This document shows, one piece after another, positions 26,225-39,800 of a DNA stretch of 64,000 bases. The position numbers were made by a program, and so were the translations under genes. Position 1 is the first letter of the stretch, and each line of letters begins with the position of its first letter. A model generated the notes under the pieces. It was not told the origin of the DNA. It saw only the letters and a list, made by a program, of their open reading frames with translations, and searched no databases. The stretch spans positions 62,001 to 126,000 of the forward strand of contig CAXKVF010000089.1 in assembly GCA_964057225.1 (NCBI GenBank), given 5' to 3'. The stretch is from Auanema rhodensis (taxonomy: Eukaryota; Animalia; Nematoda).

Positions 26225-27808
26225 TATGGACATGGGGAATCTAATTTTGAAAACCGCATCTCTTTATCTTTCACGTGAAGCGAGTTACATACCAAGTGCA
26301 CATCACGTGTACATTTAATTAGCATAAATTAAAGTTCACGTAAATTTCAAAGTCATGGTTACCATGAACCAATATCAATACAAATTTGTTTTTAGACTAA
26401 TATGGACATGGGGAATCTAATTTTGAAAACCGCATCTCTTTATCTTTCACGTGAAGCGAGTTACATACCAAGTGCACATCACGTGTACATTTAATTAGCA
26501 TAAATTAAAGTTCACGTAAATTTCAAAGTCATGGTTACCATGAAGCAATATCAATAAAAATTTGTTTTTAGACTAATATGGACATGGGGAATCTAATTTT
26601 GAAAACCGCATCTCTTTATCTTTCACGTGAAGCGAGTTACATACCAAGTGCACATCACGTGTACATTTATTTAGCATAAATTAAAGTTCACGTAAATTTC
26701 AAAGTCATGGTTACCATGAACCAATATCAATAAAAATTTGTTTTTAGACTAATATGGACATGGGGAATCTAATTTTGAAAACCGCATCTCTTTATCTTTC
26801 ACGTGAAGCGAGTTACATACCAAGTGCACATCACGTGTACATTTAATTAGCATAAATTAAAGTTCACGTAAAATTCAAAGTCATGGTTACCATGCACCAA
26901 TATCAATAAAAATTTGTTTTTAGACTAATATGGACATGGGGAATCTAATTTTGAAAACCGCATCTCTTTATCTTTTACGTGAAGCGAGTTACATACCAAG
27001 TGCACATCACGTGTACATTTAATTAGCATAAATTAAAGTTCACGTAAATTTCAAAGTCATGGTTACCATGAACCAATATCAATAAAAATTTGTTTTTAGA
27101 CTAATATGGACATGGGGAATCTAATTTTGAAAACCGCATCTCTTTATCTTTCACGTGAAGCGAGTTACATACCAAGTGCACATCACGTGTACATTTAATT
27201 AGCATAAATTAAAGTTCACGTAAATTTCAAAGTCATGGTTACCATGCACCAATATCAATAAAAATTTGTTTTTAGACTAATATGGACATGGGGAATCTAA
27301 TTTTGAAAACCGCATCTCTTTATCTTTCACGTGAAGCGAGTTACATACCAAGTGCACATCACGTGTACATTTAATTAGCATAAATTAAAGTTCACGTAAA
27401 TTTCAAAGTCATGGTTACCATGCACCAATATCAATAAAAATTTGTTTTTAGACTAATATGGACATGGGGAATCTAATTTTGAAAACCGCATCTCTTTATC
27501 TTTCACGTGAAGCGAGTTACATACCAAGTGCACATCACGTGTACATTTAATTAGCATAAATTAAAGTTCACGTAAATTTCAAAGTCATGGTTACCATGAA
27601 CCAATATCAATAAAAATTTGTTTTTAGACTAATATGGACATGGGGAATCTAATTTTGAAAACCGCATCTCTTTATCTTTCACGTGAAGCGAGTTACATAC
27701 CAAGTGCACATCACGTGTACATTTAATTAGCATAAATTAAAGTTCACGTAAAATTCAAAGTCATGGTTACCATGCACCAATATCAATAAAAATTTGTTTT
27801 TAGACTAA

Positions 27809-30800
27809 TATGGACATGGGGAATCTAATTTTGAAAACCGCATCTCTTTATCTTTCACGTGAAGCGAGTTACATACCAAGTGCACATCACGTGTACATTT
27901 AATTAGCATAAATTAAAGTTCACGTAAATTTCAAAGTCATGGTTACCATGAACCAATATCAATTAAAATTTGTTTTTAGACTAATATGGACATGGGGAAT
28001 CTAATTTTGAAAACCGTATCTCTTTATCTTTCACGTGAAGCGAGTTACATACCAAGTGCACATCACGTGTACATTTAATTAGCATAAATTAAAGTTCACG
28101 TAAATTTCAAAGTCATGGTTACCATGAACCAATATCAATAAAAATTTGTTTTTAGACTAATATGGACATGGGCAATCTAATTTTGAAAACCGCATCTCTT
28201 TATCTTTCACGTGAAGCAAGTTACATACCAAGTGCACATCACGTGTACATTTAATTAGCATAAATTAAAGTTCACGTAAATTTCAAAGTCATGGTTACCA
28301 TGCACCAATATCAATAAAAATTTGTTTTTAGACTAATATGGACATGAGGAATCTAATTTTGAAAACCGCATCTCTTTATCTTTCACGTGAAGCGAGTTAC
28401 ATACCGAGTGCACATCACGTGTACATTTAATTAGCATAAATTAAAGTTCACGTAAATTTCAAAGTCATGGTTACCATGAACCAATATCAATTAAAATTTG
28501 TTTTTAGACTAATATGGACATGGGGAATCTAATTTTGAAAACCGTATCTCTTTATCTTTCACGTGAAGCGAGTTACATACCAAGTGCACATCACGTGTAC
28601 ATTTAATTAGCATAAATTAAAGTTCACGTAAATTTCAAAGTCATGGTTACCATGAAGCAATATCAATAAAAATTTGTTTTTAGACTAATATGGACATGGG
28701 GAATCTAATTTTGAAAACCGCATCTCTTTATCTTTCACGTGAAGCGAGTTACATACCAAGTGCACATCACGTGTACATTTAATTAGCATAAATTAAAGTT
28801 CACGTAAATTTCAAAGTCATGGTTACCATGAACCAATATCAATAAAAATTTGTTTTTAGACTAATATGGACATGGGGAATCTAATTTTGAAAACCGCATC
28901 TCTTTATCTTTCACGTGAAGCGAGTTACATACCAAGTGCACATCACGTGTACATTTAATTAGCATAAATTAAAGTTCACGTAAAATTCAAAGTCATGGTT
29001 ACCATGCACCAATATCAATAAAAATTTGTTTTTAGACTAATATGGACATGGGGAATCTAATTTTGAAAACCGCATCTCTTTATCTTTCACGTGAAGCGAG
29101 TTACATACCAAGTGCACATCACGTGTACATTTAATTAGCATAAATTAAAGTTCACGTAAATTTCAAAGTCATGGTTACCATGAACCAATATCAATTAAAA
29201 TTTGTTTTTAGACTAATATGGACATGGGCAATCTAATTTTGAAAACCGCATCTCTTTATCTTTCACGTGAAGCAAGTTACATACCAAGTGCACATCACGT
29301 GTACATTTAATTAGCATAAATTAAAGTTCACGTAAATTTCAAAGTCATGGTTACCATGCACCAATATCAATAAAAATTTGTTTTTAGACTAATATGGACA
29401 TGAGGAATCTAATTTTGAAAACCGCATCTCTTTATCTTTCACGTGAAGCGAGTTACATACCGAGTGCACATCACGTGTACATTTAATTAGCATAAATTAA
29501 AGTTCACGTAAATTTCAAAGTCATGGTTACCATGAACCAATATCAATTAAAATTTGTTTTTAGACTAATATGGACATGGGGAATCTAATTTTGAAAACCG
29601 TATCTCTTTATCTTTCACGTGAAGCGAGTTACATACCAAGTGCACATCACGTGTACATTTAATTAGCATAAATTAAAGTTCACGTAAATTTCAAAGTCAT
29701 GGTTACCATGAACCAATATCAATAAAAATTTGTTTTTAGACTAATATGGACATGGGCAATCTAATTTTGAAAACCGCATCTCTTTATCTTTCACGTGAAG
29801 CGAGTTACATACCAAGTGCACATCACGTGTACATTTAATTAGCATAAATTAAAGTTCACGTAAATTTCAAAGTCATGGTTACCATGAACCAATATCAATA
29901 AAAATTTGTTTTTAGACTAATATGGACATGGGCAATCTAATTTTGAAAACCGCATCTCTTTATCTTTCACGTGAAGCGAGTTACATACCAAGTGCACATC
30001 ACGTGTACATTTAATTAGCATAAATTAAAGTTCACGTAAATTTCAAAGTCATGGTTACCATGAACCAATATCAATAAAAATTCGTTTTTAGACTAATATG
30101 GACATGGGGAATCTAATTTTGAAAACCGCATCTCTTTATCTTTCACGTGAAGCGAGTTACATACCAAGTGCACATCACGTGTACATTTAATTAGCATAAA
30201 TTAAAGTTCACGTAAATTTCAAAGTCATGGTTACCATGCACCAATATCAATAAAAATTTGTTTTTAGACTAATATGGACATGGGGAATCTAATTTTGAAA
30301 ACCGCATCTCTTTATCTTTCACGTGAAGCGAGTTACATACCAAGTGCACATCACGTGTACATTTAATTAGCATAAATTAAAGTTCACGTAAATTTCAAAG
30401 TCATGGTTACCATGCACCAATATCAATAAAAATTTGTTTTTAGACTAATATGGACATGAGGAATCTAATTTTGAAAACCGCATCTCTTTATCTTTCACGA
30501 GAAGCGAGTTACATACCAAGTGCACATCACGTGTACATTTAATTAGCATAAATTAAAGTTCACGTAAATTTCAAAGTCATGGTTACCATGCACCAATATC
30601 AATAAAAATTTGTTTTTAGACTAATATGGACATGGGGAATTTAGTTTTGAAAACCGCATCTCTTTATCTTTCACGTGAAGCGAGTTACATACCAAGTGCA
30701 CATCATGTGTACACTTAATTAGCATAAATTAAAGTTCACGTAAATTTCAAAGTCATGGTTACCATGAACCAATATCAATTAAAATTTGTTTTTAGACTAA

Positions 30801-33800
30801 TATGGACATGGGGAATCCAATTTTGAAAACCGTATCTCTTTATCTTTCACGTGAAGCGAGTTACATACCAAGTGCACATCACGTGTACATTTAATTAGCA
30901 TAAATTAAAGTTCACGTAAATTTCAAAGTCATGGTTACCATGAACCAATATCAATAAAAATTTGTTTTTAGACTAATATGGACATGGGCAATCTAATTTT
31001 GAAAACCGCATCTCTTTATCTTTCACGTGAAGCGAGTTACATACCAAGTGCACATCACGTGTACATTTAATTAGCATAAATTAAAGTTCACGTAAATTTC
31101 AAAGTCATGGTTACCATGCACCAATATCAATAAAAATTCGTTTTTAGACTAATATGGACATGGGGAATCTAATTTTGAAAACCGCATCTCTTTATCTTTC
31201 ACGTGAAGCGAGTTACATACCAAGTGCACATCACGTGTACATTTAATTAGCATAAATTAAAGTTCACGTAAATTTCAAAGTCATGGTTACCATGAACCAA
31301 TATCAATTAAAATTTGTTTTTAGACTAATATGGACATGGGCAATCTAATTTTGAAAACCGCATCTCTTTATCTTTCACGTGAAGCGAGTTACATACCAAG
31401 TGCACATCACGTGTACATTTAATTAGCATAAATTAAAGTTCACGTAAATTTCAAAGTCATGGTTACCATGCACCAATATCAATAAAAATTTGTTTTTAGA
31501 CTAATATGGACATGGGGAATCTAATTTTGAAAACCGCATCTCTTTATTTTTCACGTGAAGCGAGTTACATACCAAGTGCACATCACGTGTACATTTAATT
31601 AGCATAAATTAAAGTTCACGTAAATTTCAAAGTCATGGTTACCATGCACCAATATCAATAAAAATTTGTTTTTAGACTAATATGGACATGGGGAATCTAA
31701 TTTTGAAAACCGCATCTCTTCATCTTTCACGTGAAGCGAGTTACATACCAAGTGCACATCACGTGTACATTTAATTAGCATAAATTAAAGTTCACGTAAA
31801 TTTCAAAGTCATGGTTACCATGCACCAATATCAATAAAAATTTGTTTTTAGACTAATATGGACATGGGGAATCTAATTTTGAAAACCGCATCTCTTTATC
31901 TTTCACGTGAAGCGAGTTACATACCAAGTGCACATCACGTGTACATTTAATTAGCATAAATTAAAGTTCACGTAAATTTCAAAGTCATGGTTACCATGAA
32001 CCAATATCAATAAAAATTCGTTTTTAGACTAATATGGACATGGGGAATCTAATTTTGAAAACCGCATCTCTTTATCTTTCACGTGAAGCGAGTTACATAC
32101 CAAGTGCACATCACGTGTACATTTAATTAGCATAAATTAAAGTTCACGTAAATTTCAAAGTCATGGTTACCATGCACCAATATCAATAAAAATTTGTTTT
32201 TAGACTAATATGGACATGGGGAATCTAATTTTGAAAACCGCATCTCTTTATCTTTCACGTGAAGCGAGTTACATACCAAGTGCACATCACGTGTACATTT
32301 AATTAGCATAAATTAAAGTTCACGTAAATTTCAAAGTCATGGTTACCATGCACCAATATCAATAAAAATTTGTTTTTAGACTAATATGGACATGAGGAAT
32401 CTAATTTTGAAAACCGCATCTCTTTATCTTTCACGAGAAGCGAGTTACATACCAAGTGCACATCACGTGTACATTTAATTAGCATAAATTAAAGTTCACG
32501 TAAATTTCAAAGTCATGGTTACCATGCACCAATATCAATAAAAATTTGTTTTTAGACTAATATGGACATGAGGAATCTAATTTTGAAAACCGCATCTCTT
32601 TATCTTTCACGAGAAGCGAGTTACATACCAAGTGCACATCATGTGTACACTTAATTAGCATAAATTAAAGTTCACGTAAATTTCAAAGTCATGGTTACCA
32701 TGAACCAATATCAATTAAAATTTGTTTTTAGACTAATATGGACATGGGGAATCTAATTTTGAAAACCGCATCTCTTTATCTTTCACGTGAAGCGAGTTAC
32801 ATACCAAGTGCACATCACGTGTACATTTAATTAGCATAAATTAAAGTTCACGTAAATTTCAAAGTCATGGTTACCATGCACCAATATCAATAAAAATTCG
32901 TTTTTAGACTAATATGGACATGGGGAATCTAATTTTGAAAACCGCATCTCTTTATCTTTCACGTGAAGCGAGTTACATACCAAGTGCACATCACGTGTAC
33001 ATTTAATTAGCATAAATTAAAGTTCACGTAAATTTCAAAGTCATGGTTACCATGCACCAATATCAATAAAAATTTGTTTTTAGACTAATATGGACATGAG
33101 GAATCTAATTTTGAAAACCGCATCTCTTTATCTTTCACGAGAAGCGAGTTACATACCAAGTGCACATCACGTGTACATTTAATTAGCATAAATTAAAGTT
33201 CACGTAAATTTCAAAGTCATGGTTACCATGCACCAATATCAATAAAAATTTGTTTTTAGACTAATATGGACATGGGGAATCTAATTTTGAAAACCGCATC
33301 TCTTTATTTTTCACGTGAAGCGAGTTACATACCAAGTGCACATCACGTGTACATTTAATTAGCATAAATTAAAGTTCACGTAAATTTCAAAGTCATGGTT
33401 ACCATGCACCAATATCAATAAAAATTTGTTTTTAGACTAATATGGACATGGGGAATCTAATTTTGAAAACCGCATCTCTTCATCTTTCACGTGAAGCGAG
33501 TTACATACCAAGTGCACATCACGTGTACATTTAATTAGCATAAATTAAAGTTCACGTAAATTTCAAAGTCATGGTTACCATGCACCAATATCAATAAAAA
33601 TTTGTTTTTAGACTAATATGGACATGGGGAATCTAATTTTGAAAACCGCATCTCTTTATCTTTCACGTGAAGCGAGTTACATACCAAGTGCACATCACGT
33701 GTACATTTAATTAGCATAAATTAAAGTTCACGTAAATTTCAAAGTCATGGTTACCATGAACCAATATCAATAAAAATTCGTTTTTAGACTAATATGGACA

Positions 33801-36800
33801 TGGGGAATCTAATTTTGAAAACCGCATCTCTTTATCTTTCACGTGAAGCGAGTTACATACCAAGTGCACATCACGTGTACATTTAATTAGCATAAATTAA
33901 AGTTCACGTAAATTTCAAAGTCATGGTTACCATGCACCAATATCAATAAAAATTTGTTTTTAGACTAATATGGACATGGGGAATCTAATTTTGAAAACCG
34001 CATCTCTTTATCTTTCACGTGAAGCGAGTTACATACCAAGTGCACATCACGTGTACATTTAATTAGCATAAATTAAAGTTCACGTAAATTTCAAAGTCAT
34101 GGTTACCATGCACCAATATCAATAAAAATTTGTTTTTAGACTAATATGGACATGAGGAATCTAATTTTGAAAACCGCATCTCTTTATCTTTCACGAGAAG
34201 CGAGTTACATACCAAGTGCACATCACGTGTACATTTAATTAGCATAAATTAAAGTTCACGTAAATTTCAAAGTCATGGTTACCATGCACCAATATCAATA
34301 AAAATTTGTTTTTAGACTAATATGGACATGGGGAATTTAGTTTTGAAAACCGCATCTCTTTATCTTTCACGTGAAGCGAGTTACATACCAAGTGCACATC
34401 ATGTGTACACTTAATTAGCATAAATTAAAGTTCACGTAAATTTCAAAGTCATGGTTACCATGAACCAATATCAATTAAAATTTGTTTTTAGACTAATATG
34501 GACATGGGGAATCCAATTTTGAAAACCGTATCTCTTTATCTTTCACGTGAAGCGAGTTACATACCAAGTGCACATCACGTGTACATTTAATTAGCATAAA
34601 TTAAAGTTCACGTAAATTTCAAAGTCATGGTTACCATGAACCAATATCAATAAAAATTTGTTTTTAGACTAATATGGACATGGGCAATCTAATTTTGAAA
34701 ACCGCATCTCTTTATCTTTCACGTGAAGCGAGTTACATACCAAGTGCACATCACGTGTACATTTAATTAGCATAAATTAAAGTTCACGTAAATTTCAAAG
34801 TCATGGTTACCATGCACCAATATCAATAAAAATTCGTTTTTAGACTAATATGGACATGGGGAATCTAATTTTGAAAACCGCATCTCTTTATCTTTCACGT
34901 GAAGCGAGTTACATACCAAGTGCACATCACGTGTACATTTAATTAGCATAAATTAAAGTTCACGTAAATTTCAAAGTCATGGTTACCATGAACCAATATC
35001 AATTAAAATTTGTTTTTAGACTAATATGGACATGGGCAATCTAATTTTGAAAACCGCATCTCTTTATCTTTCACGTGAAGCGAGTTACATACCAAGTGCA
35101 CATCACGTGTACATTTAATTAGCATAAATTAAAGTTCACGTAAATTTCAAAGTCATGGTTACCATGCACCAATATCAATAAAAATTTGTTTTTAGACTAA
35201 TATGGACATGGGGAATCTAATTTTGAAAACCGCATCTCTTTATTTTTCACGTGAAGCGAGTTACATACCAAGTGCACATCACGTGTACATTTAATTAGCA
35301 TAAATTAAAGTTCACGTAAATTTCAAAGTCATGGTTACCATGCACCAATATCAATAAAAATTTGTTTTTAGACTAATATGGACATGGGGAATCTAATTTT
35401 GAAAACCGCATCTCTTCATCTTTCACGTGAAGCGAGTTACATACCAAGTGCACATCACGTGTACATTTAATTAGCATAAATTAAAGTTCACGTAAATTTC
35501 AAAGTCATGGTTACCATGCACCAATATCAATAAAAATTTGTTTTTAGACTAATATGGACATGGGGAATCTAATTTTGAAAACCGCATCTCTTTATCTTTC
35601 ACGTGAAGCGAGTTACATACCAAGTGCACATCACGTGTACATTTAATTAGCATAAATTAAAGTTCACGTAAATTTCAAAGTCATGGTTACCATGAACCAA
35701 TATCAATAAAAATTCGTTTTTAGACTAATATGGACATGGGGAATCTAATTTTGAAAACCGCATCTCTTTATCTTTCACGTGAAGCGAGTTACATACCAAG
35801 TGCACATCACGTGTACATTTAATTAGCATAAATTAAAGTTCACGTAAATTTCAAAGTCATGGTTACCATGCACCAATATCAATAAAAATTTGTTTTTAGA
35901 CTAATATGGACATGGGGAATCTAATTTTGAAAACCGCATCTCTTTATCTTTCACGTGAAGCGAGTTACATACCAAGTGCACATCACGTGTACATTTAATT
36001 AGCATAAATTAAAGTTCACGTAAATTTCAAAGTCATGGTTACCATGAACCAATATCAATTAAAATTTGTTTTGAGACTAATATGGACATGGGCAATCCAA
36101 TTTTGAAAACCGCATCTCTTTATCTTTCACGTGAAGCGAGTTACATACCAAGTGCACATCACGTGTACATTTAATTAGCATAAATTAAAGTTCACGTAAA
36201 TTTCAAAGTCATGGTTACCATGCACCAATATCAATAAAAATTTGTTTTTAGACTAATATGGACATGGGGAATCTAATTTTGAAAACCGCATCTCTTTATC
36301 TTTCACGTGAAGCGAGTTACATACCAAGTGCACATCACGTGTACATTTAATTAGCATAAATTAAAGTTCACGTAAATTTCAAAGTCATGGTTACCATGAA
36401 CCAATATCAATTAAAATTTGTTTTGAGACTAATATGGACATGGGCAATCCAATTTTGAAAACCGCATCTCTTTATCTTTCACGTGAAGCGAGTTACATAC
36501 CAAGTGCACATCACGTGTACATTTAATTAGCATAAATTAAAGTTCACGTAAATTTCAAAGTCATGGTTACCATGAAGCAATATCAATAAAAATTTGTTTT
36601 TAGACTAATATGGAAATGGGGAATCTAATTTTGAAAACCGCATCTCTTTATCTTTCACGTGAAGCGAGTTACATACCAAGTGCACATCACGTGTACATTT
36701 AATTAGCATAAATTAAAGTTCACGTAAATTTCAAAGTCATGGTTACCATGCACCAATATCAATAAAAATTTGTTTTTAGACTAATATGGACATGGGGAAT

Positions 36801-39800
36801 CTAATTTTGGAAACCGCATCTCTTTATCTTTCACCTGAAGCGAGTTACATACCAAGTGCACATCACGTGTACATTTAATTAGCATAAATTAAAGTTCACG
36901 TAAATTTCAAAGTCATGGTTACCATGAACCAATATCAATTAAAATTTGTTTTGAGACTAATATGGACATGGGCAATCCAATTTTGAAAACCGCATCTCTT
37001 TATCTTTCACGTGAAGCGAGTTACATACCAAGTGCACATCACGTGTACATTTAATTAGCATAAATTAAAGTTCACGTAAATTTCAAAGTCATGGTTACCA
37101 TGCACCAATATCAATAAAAATTTGTTTTTAGACTAATATGGACATGGGGAATCTAATTTTGAAAACCGCATCTCTTTATCTTTCACGTGAAGCGAGTTAC
37201 ATACCAAGTGCACATCACGTGTACATTTAATTAGCATAAATTAAAGTTCACGTAAATTTCAAAGTCATGGTTACCATGCACCAATATCAATAAAAATTTG
37301 TTTTTAGACTAATATGGACATGGGGAATCTAATTTTGAAAACCGCATCTCTTCATCTTTCACGTGAAGCGAGTTACATACCAAGTGCACATCACGTGTAC
37401 ATTTAATTAGCATAAATTAAAGTTCACGTAAATTTCAAAGTCATGGTTACCATGCACCAATATCAATAAAAATTTGTTTTTAGACTAATATGGACATGGG
37501 GAATCTAATTTTGAAAACCGCATCTCTTTATCTTTCACGTGAAGCGAGTTACATACCAAGTGCACATCACGTGTACATTTAATTAGCATAAATTAAAGTT
37601 CACGTAAATTTCAAAGTCATGGTTACCATGAACCAATATCAATAAAAATTCGTTTTTAGACTAATATGGACATGGAGAATCTAATTTTGAAAACCGCATC
37701 TCTTTATCTTTCACGTGAAGCGAGTTACATACCAAGTGCACATCACGTGTACATTTAATTAGCATAAATTAAAGTTCACTTAAATTTAAAAGTCATGGTT
37801 ACCATGAACCAGTATCAATAAAAATTTGTTTTTGGACTAATATGGACATGGAGAATCTAATTTTGAAAACCGCATCTCTTTATCTTTCACGTGAAGCGAG
37901 TTACATACCGAGTGCACATCACGTGTACATTTAATTAGCATAAATTAAAGTTCACGTAAATTTCAAAGTCATGGTTACCATGCACCAATATCAATAAAAA
38001 TTTATTTTTAGACTAATATGGACATGGGGAATCTAATTTTGAAAACCGCATCTCTTCATCTTTCACGTGAAGCGAGTTACATACCAAGTGCACATCAAGT
38101 GTACATTTAATTAGCATAAATTAAAGTTCACGTAAATTTCAAAGTCATGGTTACCATGCACCAATATCAATAAAAATTTATTTTTAGACTAATATGGACA
38201 TGGGGAATCTAATTTTGAAAACCGCATCTCTTCATCTTTCACGTGAAGCGAGTTACATACCAAGTGCACATCAAGTGTACATTTAATTAGCATAAATTAA
38301 AGTTCACGTAAATTTCAAAGTCATGGTTACCATGCACCAATATCAATAAAAATTTGTTTTTAGACTAATATGGACATGGGGAATCTAATTTTGAAAACCG
38401 CATCTCTTTATCTTTCACGTGAAGCGAGTTACATACCAAGTGCACATCACGTGTACATTTAATTAGCATAAATTAAAGTTCACGTAAATTTCAAAGTCAT
38501 GGTTACCATGCACCAATATCAATAAAAATTTGTTTTTAGACTAATATGGACATGAGGAATCTAATTTTGAAAACCGCATCTCTTTATCTTTCACGTGAAG
38601 CGAGTTACATACCGAGTGCACATCACGTGTACATTTAATTAGCATAAATTAAAGTTCACGTAAATTTCAAAGTCATGGTTACCATGCACCAATATCAATA
38701 AAAATTTATTTTTAGACTAATATGGACATGGGGAATCTAATTTTGAAAACCGCATCTCTTCATCTTTCACGTGAAGCGAGTTACATACCAAGTGCACATC
38801 AAGTGTACATTTAATTAGCATAAATTAAAGTTCACGTAAATTTCAAAGTCATGGTTACCATGCACCAATATTAATAAAAATTTGTTTTTAGACTAATATG
38901 GACATGGGGAATCTAATTTTGAAAACCGCATCTCTTTATCTTTCACGTGAAGCGAGTTACATACCAAGTGCACATCACGTGTACATTTAATTAGCATAAA
39001 TTAAAGTTCACGTAAATTTCAAAGTCATGGTTACCATGAAGCAATATCAATAAAAATTTGTTTTTAGACTAATATGGAAATGGGGAATCTAATTTTGAAA
39101 ACCGCATCTCTTTATCTTTCACGTGAAGCGAGTTACATACCAAGTGCACATCACGTGTACATTTAATTAGCATAAATTAAAGTTCACGTAAATTTCAAAG
39201 TCATGGTTACCATGCACCAATATCAATTAAAATTTGTTTTGAGACTAATATGGACATGGGCAATCCAATTTTGAAAACCGCATCTCTTTATCTTTCACGT
39301 GAAGCGAGTTACATACCAAGTGCACATCACGTGTACATTTAATTAGCATAAATTAAAGTTCACGTAAATTTCAAAGTCATGGTTACCATGCACCAATATC
39401 AATAAAAATTTGTTTTTAGACTAATATGGACATGGGGAATCTAATTTTGAAAACCGCATCTCTTTATCTTTCACGTGAAGCGAGTTACATACCAAGTGCA
39501 CATCACGTGTACATTTAATTAGCATAAATTAAAGTTCACGTAAATTTCAAAGTCATGGTTACCATGCACCAATATCAATAAAAATTTGTTTTTAGACTAA
39601 TATGGACATGGGGAATCTAATTTTGAAAACCGCATCTCTTCATCTTTCACGTGAAGCGAGTTACATACCAAGTGCACATCACGTGTACATTTAATTAGCA
39701 TAAATTAAAGTTCACGTAAATTTCAAAGTCATGGTTACCATGCACCAATATCAATAAAAATTTGTTTTTAGACTAATATGGACATGGGGAATCTAATTTT

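Larger units (their letters stand above)
17425..27808 (+). repeat. Variant domain II (M100-158)
   Basis: Markers A121, T48, A61, A77+T80, T139 and G81, with C157 shared with Ib. A121 extends to M165, so the right boundary is graded. Confidence 0.78.
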
